Part shown: piece after piece, positions 1 through 41,200 of the stretch
Position numbering within the stretch: position 1 is the first letter of the stretch
How the letters are laid out: each line of letters begins with the position of its first letter
Assembly: GCA_963514005.1 (NCBI GenBank)
Contig: OY740797.1
Span: forward strand, 23,002,001 to 23,066,000
Origin: Raja brachyura
Taxonomy: Eukaryota
Direction: 5' to 3'
DNA: 64,000 nt
Translations under genes and position numbers: made by a program
The notes under the pieces: model-generated
The model's database searches: none
The model's input: only the letters and a program-made list of their open reading frames with translations
Told to the model about the DNA's origin: nothing

Positions 1-249
1 TCCCACATCTTGTGCTGCTGGGTTAATTGGCAGCAGTAAATGACCCCTTGATGCAGGCCAGCAGCATAACAAATCAAAGGGGGAATTGATGATCATGTGA
101 CAGAGAATCAGTTGCAGGCTGCAGGGAATGGGAATGATAAGATTGCTCTTCTGCAAGCTGGCTTGGATTCAATGGGCTGAATGACCTGTGGATTGTGAGT
201 ACTCAAATAACGCATCTGTGTGTGTTTTGGTTCTTTTGGGGAAATTGCT

Positions 250-343
250 ACAGTGGCACAGCTTATACAGCTGTTACCTCAGCACCAGAGACCTGGGTTT
301 GATTTTGACCTTGGGTGCTGTCTGTATGGAGTTTGCACGTTCT
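250..343 (+). mobile_element. tRNA-derived HE1-like SINE head fragment (a SINE tail fragment also occupies about 1-190)
   Basis: gtggcacag..gccagagacctgggtttgattttgaccttgggtgctgtctgtatggagtttgcacgttct pattern; homologous to other SINE copies in the window. Confidence 0.7.
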
Positions 344-451
344 GCTATTTTTTTTAGGTTAATTAGGCCTTTATAAATAATCTAATCTAATATGCAAAAG
401 TAATTTTCGGTGGAATGTTCCATAACTTTTTATTGGACGTGCATTTAATAG

Positions 452-30248
<29,797 letters not shown>

Positions 30249-31374
30249 TGCCAGCCCCTGGGCAGTCTTCATGGAATTGGTTGTTATGTATCCTCCTGGG
30301 GGAGTAAGATGCAGAATGTCCTATCTCCAGGCTGTGGGACAGGTTAAATAGAAAGCTTCATTTTCACAGTCTGATTTACACTGAAAATGGCTCCCACACT
30401 TTGCTAACCAAGATGGGACATTCAGCGTGCATTATTTTCCAGGCTCCCTGGATATGATTAGCTGTGGTGCATCTAGGATGGGTAGACATACACTGCTCTG
30501 GCAATGACAGGAGTCACTCCAGAATAGCTGACTACACATCACTGGCTTTGCTTTAAGATGCAGCTAATTAAAGTTGGTTTGCTTGCAGTATGATTCCCAG
30601 AATTTCCAGAGCAGTCTGTTGCATTGCTGACTTTACCAACCACCAGGAGACTGATTCCACCCTGGGATATACTGAGATGACTGACCGTGGTTGGATTAAC
30701 CAAAGTACTCCATCCAAGGTGAACACATGAACATGCAGCTCCTGGTTACTGTTCATTAAATCCCATTGGGAAAACGTGGGTTTAATGCCTGAAGGGACAA
30801 CTGGTCTGGAAAACTCGCTGCAGGGAATGGCCATTTTTTAATGAAGTACCAAAGATACAAGCGCAGATGGGAATGAGTTGACCTCCAGAGTGGGGCTTGA
30901 ATCCACAACTTTGAGATCAGAGTGGTACTTGGTGGTGAATAACCTAAATAATACCAAAAATTACAAACAATCTACTCTCTGCCTAGGTGTGCCCTGACAA
31001 CGAGATAAATGTATGTGACTCTTAAACGCAGAACACAGATGAAGTCATGTACAAATGCATTAACTCATGTTATTTAACAAGATTTATGATGTCATGAACA
31101 CAATGAAGAACATCGAGCAGGCCCACACTGTTAAGGAAAAATGATTTAAATGTGAATTATTTCAGAGTTAAATGGAAAATAATTAAAGACTCGGGTTGGA
31201 AAATATTATGGAGAGAACAATTGTACTAATCTTCAGTCCGATGACACTGAGCTTAAATGCTGGCTCAAGGCTCTATATCATGACTCTCAGCTGTGTACAC
31301 TGCAATACCCAATCACTGCCGCAAACCGACACCAAGGCACATTGTTAAATACTGTACAGAAATTAAAACGGAGC

Positions 31375-31590
31375 TAAAAGGACTGCAGGTGCGGGAACTT
31401 TGCGTTGAACACTGGGTGCTGGAGGAACCCGGGGTCAGGCAGTATATTTGGAGGACATGGATAGGTGACGTTTTTGGTCGAGACCCTGCTTCAGACTGAT
31501 TGGAGTAGGGGAGAAAAGACTGAAACGTTGCCTATCCATGTCCTCCAAATATACTGCCTGACTCATTGTGTTACTACAGCACAAAGTTCT
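31375..31590. mobile_element. Fold-back Penelope-derived element with 32-bp perfect inverted repeat
   Basis: 31434-31465 is the exact reverse complement of 31531-31562. Confidence 0.8.
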
Positions 31591-31753
31591 ATGGAAATGA
31601 AAACAACTGTTTTTGAAGATGCATCATTCCATCTCGAGCAAGCAGAATTTGTAGTTTAGTGCTCAGCTGCCCAACAAAGTGCTTTAAGCAATGGGAAGTT
31701 CTTGTACTTGTGTGGTGAAACAACCAAAATACTGCAGCTGATGGGGATGTTGA

Positions 31754-31759
31754 AATAAA
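31754..31759 (+). promoter_or_regulatory. Candidate COG4 polyadenylation signal
   Basis: First canonical AATAAA after the COG4 stop; ATTAAA variants occur earlier (about 30567, 30755, 31182). Confidence 0.3.
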
Positions 31760-32759
31760 AACAAGTGCCAGAGAAACTCGAGTCATTGGTCTGAAGCACA
31801 AACTCAATCTCCTCCCACTTTTGTGTATCTAGTGTTTGATTTTTATCATTCTTCTAATGTGTTCTGTTAATTCATGTCAAACTCCCTGACATTGTACAAA
31901 TAATTGTTAATTTTCAATTTTATTCTTACAGATTTCCATTGTTTTAAAATGTTAATAGAATCTATTTCATTGTCCAATTTGATGTTAAATTCATTCAGTG
32001 CACTTCTATCTGAGTCCTTGTGGTTCTTTCGATTAATCTTATTCATTAATGAAATAAGTGATTTTCTCTCTTAGTTCGTATTTTCTGCCTCTGAAATGAG
32101 CATTTTTGGCATTTTGTTTTATGATTCCATGATAGAGCAAATCGGAAGTTTGGGACTGCAGTATGGGTTCGCTTAATCCCTATGTCTGCTATAATTTTCA
32201 AACATTGTTATTCCTCTTAAATTAAGGCTACTAAAGTTGCAAACATTTAATATTATGTTAATTCATTTTTTTCTGGTATTTATCCAATGGGCAAGTTCTG
32301 GGTCATGGTAGTTGTGTCTTCTGCCAGTATCTTTATAATTTAACAAATATTACACTATTCCAGCTCACTGAATATATGTTAAACCCTGTTACAGGGAATA
32401 TTGGATGCTTACTGACCATTTGTTACTGTGAAAATTGAATCTGCTGCCGCTTAGTTGTATCAAATTATAAATTAGCCCCATTGTAAGAGCCGACTGAGTA
32501 CCTGAACAGTTGTGAGGTTCAGAGAGACAAGCAAGGTGTGGGGGTTTAAGCACCACCCACCCACCTGGAAATTCACACAGTATTGGCAGCACAAAATTCA
32601 TATAATCATAGAACACCAAAAGGTGTTATTTGATTTCTCGTGCTGATGATGGATCTGCAGAGGAGTGGCCCGTTCTCCTGTTTTTAGATCATTTCTCTTA
32701 AGCCCACGTTTCCCGTTGGAAAGATTGCCTGCTCTTCAGCAAAGTGATCTTGGTACCGT

Positions 32760-33196
32760 TGTTAATTCCGGATCTAAACTTTCCCCTCTAGTCTGGTTCA
32801 GTCAAGCATCGAATACAAACACTGGAATTCCAACTCTATTTTATTGTATTCAATACCGCGGGACCGATCCTCGGAACCACCTACTCGAGCCCAGCCTCGT
32901 GCAAATAGAACAGATTAAAGACAATCGGCACAGCCCAATGTGCTCCCCACCCCTTTATACCCATCCGAACTATGGGCGCAAAAGTACTTGGGGGAGGCAA
33001 CCCCTACAAGCCAATTACTGATACCAGCTGTAAAATACATAGGACAACAACTCTTTGGCCCAATTATACAACAGTACATAACATAAACACTTACAATAAG
33101 TAAAGAAACATTACCATTAGATAAAGAAACATCTGTGGTGAGGCCACTCTTCTGGACCAATCACAAGTACCGGCAGGAAGGTACTGAAATATAACA
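32760..33196 (-). mobile_element. LTR-like element, 437 bp
   Basis: TGTTA..TAACA termini; on minus strand CCAAT boxes, TATAAA (32954-32959) and AATAAA (32840-32845) in U3-R-U5 order; GGGGAAA purine run just upstream; no TSD seen. Confidence 0.55.
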
Positions 33197-33340
33197 TTTC
33201 CCCAACCAATCACAAGCATGCCTTTAGCATCAGGGCATAGCTGCCCCTGCAGAATCCCAGACATCTTGGCAACGTGTCGGCTATCTGGACAGAAACCTTT
33301 TGCAACCCCTTCCCAGGCTTCAGACTCCCTGGAGCCATCT

Positions 33341-33606
33341 AATAATATATTTTATTGTCATTGCACATGGGTGCAACGAGATTTGGGATGCAGCTTCCAT
33401 CCGATGTCATAACTTAAACACCTAATAACATTTAGATACCCCGAGAAACATGATTTATAAAAAGAACAGTAAAACAGTCTAAAGTGCAAATAGGTCTGTG
33501 CCAGGTCGATGTGCGACGTGACCATCCGAGGGAGACGGCTCATGGGGGTAGGGGGGCACTCAACAGGGCCGGTTCAGAGCAGCGATAGCTCTGGGGATGA
33601 AGCTGT
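33341..33606 (-). mobile_element. Rex1-type LINE extreme 3' end
   Basis: Minus strand acagcttcatccccagagctatcgctgctctgaac (SFIPRAIAALN) to gcaatgacaataaaat tail. Confidence 0.7.
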
Positions 33607-35143
33607 CACATGGGTCTGCAGTTCCCTGCAACTGATGCCACCCTTAGTGAAGCAGGTTTCACTGACGTCTGCCACTTTCCCAAATACCCAAACCCCTGCA
33701 TATTCACACGGTGCAGTTCAAGACACACCTACGGGAACACCGCCATCGGCTGTGCAGATTGAGATATAGCAAGTCAACGGGTGGAAGATCAGGATTGGAA
33801 TAACTCAACAGCTTCATGGGCTCTCTGGAGAAAGCCAAGGATAAAGAGAGGTAATGGTGTGTGCCAGTGTCCAATATCCGAGGTACAGAAGAGGACATCA
33901 ATCTGTCATTGGTAGGGACACGGCCAAGGGCCTACATTGTGAACTGAGCATGCTCATGGACACATGATTAGTCTGAAGTAGCCAGTGTAAACTTGTCCTT
34001 GAAAACAGTGCAAAAGCTAAAAGGACCGATGAATGAGAGACAGGAAGGGAAAATGAATCAGTAAAGGAGAAACCACAAATGACACGTTGGTGTTTTTTCT
34101 GGACTTGAACTATGTACAATTCTCAAAAAAGCTGTGGGGTTATTATTTTGGTCCAAAGGAACGAGAACTATTTTATATTCTCAGGGTAAGGAAAAAATTG
34201 TGAAGTTGGTGAAAAATGTTCACTCTGAAGGGAAAAATCATGTTGTTAAGTAAAAGATTTTCAATCCTACGAATATGAATTCTCAACCTTGCGGGCTGTG
34301 AATGTACAGTGATTGACTGTTTAAAACTAACTGGACAAGTGGCAAAGAAGAGACGCGAGAATAGAAAGACGAGATATTGATGAAAATCAACGTGACTGTC
34401 AACTGGAATTGCAGGGTCATTGAGGATGGGAGGTCCTTGGAACCGCCACCTTCTCCCATTAGCAGTTTAATTGTCTAACGCCATTCATGTCTTGATGTTT
34501 ATAATGACATGTCCTTGCTCTGACCTGTAGGATGTGAGATTACACAGCTCTGCCCATTGCATGCTGCTTCTGGGATTTAACATGTATGAAGTTCTGTATT
34601 GCACAACATCAAGTTTTAGGAATGCTGACTGCTCATGGCAAATTCATCTGCATTCTTCATGAAACCAGATTAATCCCTGCCTTCAAATAAAGGTAGAATG
34701 AAGAATATGCAAGTCTACGAGTTAAAGATTGTGGTGCGCAGCATCTCATGGATGTTTAGGGTTGAGATGCCCCATCGGTACTGTTTGTCCTATTTAGCTT
34801 GCTTGTAGTGCCACACAGCACAATGGAGTGTGTCCTCGTTACAATTAAGTGATTTTGCCGCCACAAGAACTTAAGTGGTCTCTTGAAACATCTTTCTGGA
34901 AAACGTAATTTCTTCATTATGTCAACATTAATTTCTTCCGATGTGCGAGACAACTTCTGGAAAGGTTCTGATTTGTATTCATTAATAAAAGTGAACTGTA
35001 CTAAAAACATCAATAATATTACAGATGTCATAATGTAGTTGGGTCCTTTGTTATTTTCCTTCATTGATGATGGAGCAGAGTTTGCTTTAGATGGTCAGGT
35101 AGAACCAGGGGCGTTAGATAATCTGTGTGGGATTTGGGTGTCT

Positions 35144-35218
35144 CTACGGTCCAGTAACGCACATGCTGAGTCCAGTCTCATCAACCTCCACCTCGTGGAC
35201 ACTGAAGTTCCCCAAACC
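35144..35218 (-). CDS. FCSK: FCSK terminal coding exon
   Basis: ctgcag|GGT TTG GGG..CCG TAG; [24 protein letters not shown]. Confidence 0.93.
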   Translation of the reverse strand, partial: GLGNFSVHEVEVDETGLSMCVTGP

Positions 35219-38200
35219 CTGCAGGCAAGTGAAAATAAAAGCCATTAACATCTTACCTCAATCTTTCCGAAAACAGACCTGTAGACTGAGCTGGGATTCC
35301 AGCTCGGGCAAGATTGGAAGCTGAGCACACATTGATACTTGACAATATATTGAAAACATTTTGACCTATTAAAGACAGGACGGGAGAGGATTCAAAAAAT
35401 GTCTCTTCATGATAATCTCCCTGTCTACAAATGCCCACATTCTGCAGTCTAGACAAACTGCTCAGACAAGCTGGGTCCAAATAATTTATGGTTTATTAAT
35501 GTTTTAACTATGAAAGCCAAGCTGTGGATTTAGCTGCAAGTGGTTGGGGAGGGAGGGTGGTGCTCCAATGTTTGTTGTCCACTGGCCATCTTACCTCACT
35601 TCCTCTCAGTATCCTCTCAATTGTTTCCTTCTGACAAGGTTTTCTGGTTAGGAGATAAAGGAAGCCTCCGCCCCCTGCCCCAGCCAAGCTCTGCCCATGT
35701 ACGTGGGGCTGCAAGATGGTCATCATCTCTCGGACTGCCAATGGCTCACATCCAGGTGCCATGCACTTCTTCTGCTGCCAGTATGTGTTGAGGCACTGCC
35801 CGATCCAGGAGAGGTCACCTGTCAAATACATGAAACATACTTTGAAGATTTTTCTCTCTGCTGTCCTCTCTTTCCCTGCCCTGAACATCTCAACTACAGC
35901 TGGGCATGAAACAGATGAAAGTTTATCCTAGCTGCTAATATACAATCGATCACTGTTGTAACGTGTGAAGACAAGGCTCCACAGGGACTAGCAAGGTAAA
36001 TGCCTTGGTGATGCCGACCCAGGAATTTGGAGGAATTCTAAACCAAACCGTTCTTCTGTAAGTGGCTACCTGAAGGAGCAGGCCACATCTGACAGAATTA
36101 ACTTGAACTCATCTCTGGTGCTACGGAGCTAAGTGCCACCAACTCAACCCAGGGTGCAGAGTTGACCCAGTGTATCCCAGGATACAGGGAGGCTCTGATA
36201 AGACAAATTGCTTCAAGACCATTTACTTTAAACTTGCTTACCTTTCATAAAAGCTTGTGCACATTCTTCTGCGTTCCTAACCAATGCGTGTGTGTTGTGC
36301 ACAATGCTGGGCAACCTGGCATACCAATTCCGCAGAACATCCTGTAAAACAACCAAAAACCATTGTTGAAACTTCTAAGTTGTTCACACTGGCATCAAAT
36401 CAAACTTCCCAGCAGCCTTGCCCAACGTCACTGAGAACTGAACATTCTCAATATCCCCTTTATGCTGCTCAAGAAAACCACAGGTAGAGGTCACTCTGCC
36501 CAACAAAACAATGCCATTTCATTAGATCTTGGGCAATGAGTACCCAAAGCTTGAATATTACAATTGCCTACTGCATCCACAGCTTTATATGTGGGAGAAA
36601 ATTCTACACGTGCATCATTGTTTCCTATTTCTGCTCCAGCTGGGCTTTGATGTAGGATTAAGGAAATGCCCACTAGCACCCAAAGAATCATGTTTCTGAG
36701 CCTAACCTACTTGCTGCCTCAAATAGCTTTCCCGCTTTGCTGTCTGTGTTCCTTGCATTTTGACCATTCCACCAATGGAAACATTTCACTCTGTTACTTC
36801 TGTCCACATCCCTCACAATTTAAACCTCCGATGTTCCAAGGAGAAGCACAACTGTTTTTTCTAGTGCTTCCAAAAAATGTCCTATTCCAGGTATCACCCG
36901 AGTGAATCTACTATAGCAAGGCTGCACTTCTGGTTTTCACACCTGATCTGAAGTGTGGTGCACAAACCTAGTCTGTCAGTCTAGTCTTGCACAGGTGACC
37001 TGTGCAGGCCTGGTCATCACACTAGGACATGGTTACGCTAGGGTGAAGAAAAGATTCACAAGGATGTGACATGAATTGAAGAGCTTGAGTTATAAGATTT
37101 GTTCTGTTTTCCCTGGAGTGAAGGAGGATGAGGTGACATTATGCAAGTATATAAAGGTATGAGAGGCATAGTGTACATAACCAGTGTCTGTTTCCCATGC
37201 TAGTGGTGTCCAAAACCAGAGGGCATAGGTTTAAGCCTAGAGGGAGAACATTTACAGAGGATATGAGTCCCCCCCCCCCCCCCCACAGATAGAGTAGTTA
37301 GTATCAGGAATGAGCTGCCAGAAGAAGTGGTGAAGATAGGAGCGATAACAACATTTAAGAGTCATCTGGACTGGTGCTTGAATGAGCAGGGCACAGACGG
37401 ATATAGAATTATTGCAGGCGAATGGGATTTGTATTGTTTATTGTACAGTGAAAAGCTTTTTTGTTGCAGGCTATCCAGTCAGAGGAAAGACTACATGAGA
37501 TGGGCATAATGGTCAGTCAAAGGGCGTGTTTCAATGTTGCACACCTTTGATTCTGACTCCAGGAGGGTGGGCTGTTACACCCAACTGACAGACTATGAAA
37601 GCCATTCACTGTCCTGCCTGAAGTGCAGCCCATCCCACAGGTGAGAGAAGGATCGGAGTGATTAGTATTACAGATACTCCATCGGGCTCACCTGCAGAAG
37701 GTTGCGGGCGAGCCGTGTTTTTCCCGTGTACACCAGCAGCAGATGGTCATTCAGGGTCTTCACAAACTCGTCTGTCACTGGAATATGTTCAACATCCACT
37801 CGTAAGGGCAACTGGGGCTTGGACCGACCGATCTTGATCCCAGGCACCAGGCCTCCGACTTGATCCTGCCAGCCTCCACCTAGACAAGGGAAGGAAGAGT
37901 TACGAGGTCAAAGTATCTTTCACAACTGCAGGTTCCAAAATACTGTACTGCTGATGTACATCTGAAGTTGACCAAAAGACCCAACAAGGCAGAATACAAT
38001 ATGAAATGTGACCAGAACGAGAGCCAGAAATTTGTCTTGGATGATAACTCATGGATTGGCAACTCTTGGGACTGTCCACAATACAACAACCAGGAACTGA
38101 ATTCACAGTTAAACCCACAGCAGGCTCTTTGTCTGATAATACCCATCGGATACTCCTGACCAAGACCCCTCTGGTTTCATGTGTTGGTTGAGAAATAAGT

Positions 38201-41200
38201 ATTGGTCGGGAGACCAGCGTGCATATTCTGCACTGAATAATGCTGAGAAATCTGTATCGATGCATTATAGATGCCTATCTGTCGACTCAAGTGCCTGTAA
38301 CATAGAATAACATTGGGGCTGGAAAGGGGAGATGAAAAAAAGGCATTTCCGGTTCTAACTTACGTAACATCTGTCTTACGCAAAGGTCTGCGGGATGTAA
38401 CCCTTACAGGAGGCAGGAGACTCAGCAGACCTTGCTGAGCAGATGCTTTACTTCTAACTGATGACATGTCTCTCCTAGAATTGGTCATAATAAAGGAATA
38501 GCCAGGATATATTCTATTGATTATCACAGCCTAGCAATCTGCGATGGTGCTGCTGGTTACCTGTGGTGAGTATCTGTTCCAGGTGAAGCACAACATGGAT
38601 AAGGGAAGTGGTATCACAGGATTTCCCAGCTGCTGAGATCAGGGCTGCCGCCACTGCGCCCGCCAGGATGCTACTAGTCCCTAAGAACATAAATAGTAAA
38701 CAATCTAGAAATCACATCAATGTATTTGCTGAATGTTTAAACACTCAGTACGACTAATGACAGACACAATTATTGGATTCCGATTCCTGGGATGGTTTGT
38801 CAAATGAGGACAGATTAGTGGCACAATAGTGCAGCTGGTAGAGCAGCCACCTCACAACTCGTGAGACTCCGGTTCAATCATAATAAACCTCAGGCATTGT
38901 CTTTGTTGGCAGTGAAGAAAGCAAATGGTATGTTAGCATTCATAGCGAAAGGATTTGAGTATAGGAGCAGGGAGGTTCTACTGCAGTTGTACAGGGCTTT
39001 GGTGAGGCCACACCTGGAGTATTGCGTACAGTTTTGGTCTCCAAATCTGAGGAAAGACATCCTTGCCATAGAGGGGATACAGAGAAGATTCACCAGACTG
39101 ATTCCTGGGATGTCAGGACTTTCATATGAGGAAAGATTGGATAGACTCGGCTTGTACTTGCTGGAATTTAGAAGATTGAGGGGGGATCTTATAGAAACTT
39201 ACAAAATTCTTAAGGGGTTGGACAAGCTAGATGCTGGAAGATTGTTCCCGATGTTGGGGGAGTCCAGAACAAGGATAAGGGGGAATTCCTTTAGGACCGA
39301 AATAAGGAAAACATTCTTTACACAGAGAGTGGTGAGTCTCTGGAATTCTCTGCCACAGAAGGTAGTTGAGGCCAGTTCATTGGCTATATTTAAGAGGGCG
39401 TTAGATGTGGCACTTGTGGCTAAAGGGATCAGGGGGTATGGAGAGAAGGCAGGTATGGTATACTGAGTTGGATGATCACATTGAATGGCGGTGCAGGCTC
39501 GAAGGGCCGAATGGCCTACTCCTGCACCTATTTTCTATGTTTCTATGTTTAGCCGGTGGCGCAGGTTGGTGGGTTAAGTAGGCATTGTAAATTAGCCCAT
39601 AGTGCATTGGCAGGAATCTGGTGCATAGTTGATGGGAATGTCGGAAGTATAAATGGGATTAGTGGAGGATTAATGCAAATAGGTATTTGATAGTCAAGCA
39701 TTGACTTGGTGGGTGGAAGAGATTGCTTTTGTTTAACTGAAAAATGAAGCAGACTAGGCCCATACTCACTTGAGGTTGGAGGAATGACAGATGATCTCAT
39801 AGAAACATAGATGTTTCTCTGTTTGGGTGTCTCAAGCCTGGAGTCACATTCTCAGAACAAGGACGGCCATTCAGGACACAGATGGAATCTTTGGAATTCT
39901 TAGCCCTAGAGGTTTCTGGAGGCCCAGTTGCTGAGTACATTCAGAATAGAGATCAATAGATGTTTGGATTATGAGGGAATCAGGGAATAGGGAATTTGTG
40001 TAGGAGAGTCTGACATCAATTCATGTTCCTACTTCTTACTGTATTTGCATATAGTTCACGTTATTGCTGAATGTCCCACCCCAGGCCACATTTTGAATCT
40101 TTTCAGAAGCTTTGATCCGCACCAAAAAGCTTCTGAACATACTTCCAAAAGGGTGAGTTTGCACATTGATGTAAAAAAGCTTTATGCTTTGATGCTAATT
40201 AATACCTGACCAAATATGCTCGAGCTTTTGGTGAAGCGACACTCTGATCAGTTTCTAGACTGATGTTTCAGGTCTCAAAAGACACATTGTTCTTACATTC
40301 TGCTCAGATAAAGCGACCTCGCTCAGGGCAAAGGATAATGACTCTAGACGGATTTGGCGCACTACGATCATAGAGATATAAACATCAATGAAGGCTCCTT
40401 CACACGTGTGGGTTTACAATCAGACATGAGGAACCTAAGCCAATACCAGGGTAAAATAGAAAGTGTGATAAAAAGCATAATCGGTCTTGAGTTTTGAAAG
40501 CACAATATTGTAATGATGGAAAGATAGTTGGAAGTAAGATATTCAAAAGAATGAGAGGAATGCAATACATTTGCGTTTTAACACAGCATAAATATAAAAC
40601 AAATATAAAATGAGAGAAATCGCTCTTTCCTTACAGGCTTATTAAATTATTTTTCTAATTTTATATTTAATTATATTATATATTTCAATTTATTCAGGAT
40701 CCAAGTAGTGGTGCATTAAAATGAAAAGTGTGACGAATTACCGATCAGTGGGAATATGGGAAGGAAAAGAAAGCCAGTTCAAAGAGAGAAAAAAACAGGA
40801 CATAACTTTGACACTAGCAAATGATGCTTGTCCCAGATTAGTCTCACAGTTACTCACCCATGCCAGATCCATGGGGCAGGCTGGACCAAGTGTGAAGCTC
40901 AAAACCGCCACCAAACCCTGCCATCAATTGATCTCTTAGAGGAATCTGTGAGGGGTACTGGATGATTTGTGTGCAGATAAAGGCTGCCTTCAACAAAGCT
41001 CCTGCCAATAAATGGTACATTACTTAATCAAAATAATTATATTCCCAAATTCCCAGAGTACAACGTCAAATATAATAGAGCCTAGGTCTTAGATGAGAGG
41101 GGGAAAGTTTAAAGGAAATGTATGTAAGTTTATTTTTACACAGAATCGTTTGCAGTGTCTGGACCATGCTGGCACAGTAGGTGGTAGAAGCAGATATGAC

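Noticed and set aside
35115-35146. Stop-codon read-through of FCSK
   Set aside because: TAG-AGA is not a read-through context, and another stop follows within about 10 codons
38861-39466. 201-aa ORF as a host gene
   Set aside because: C-terminus of CR1 ORF2 in a 5'-truncated copy
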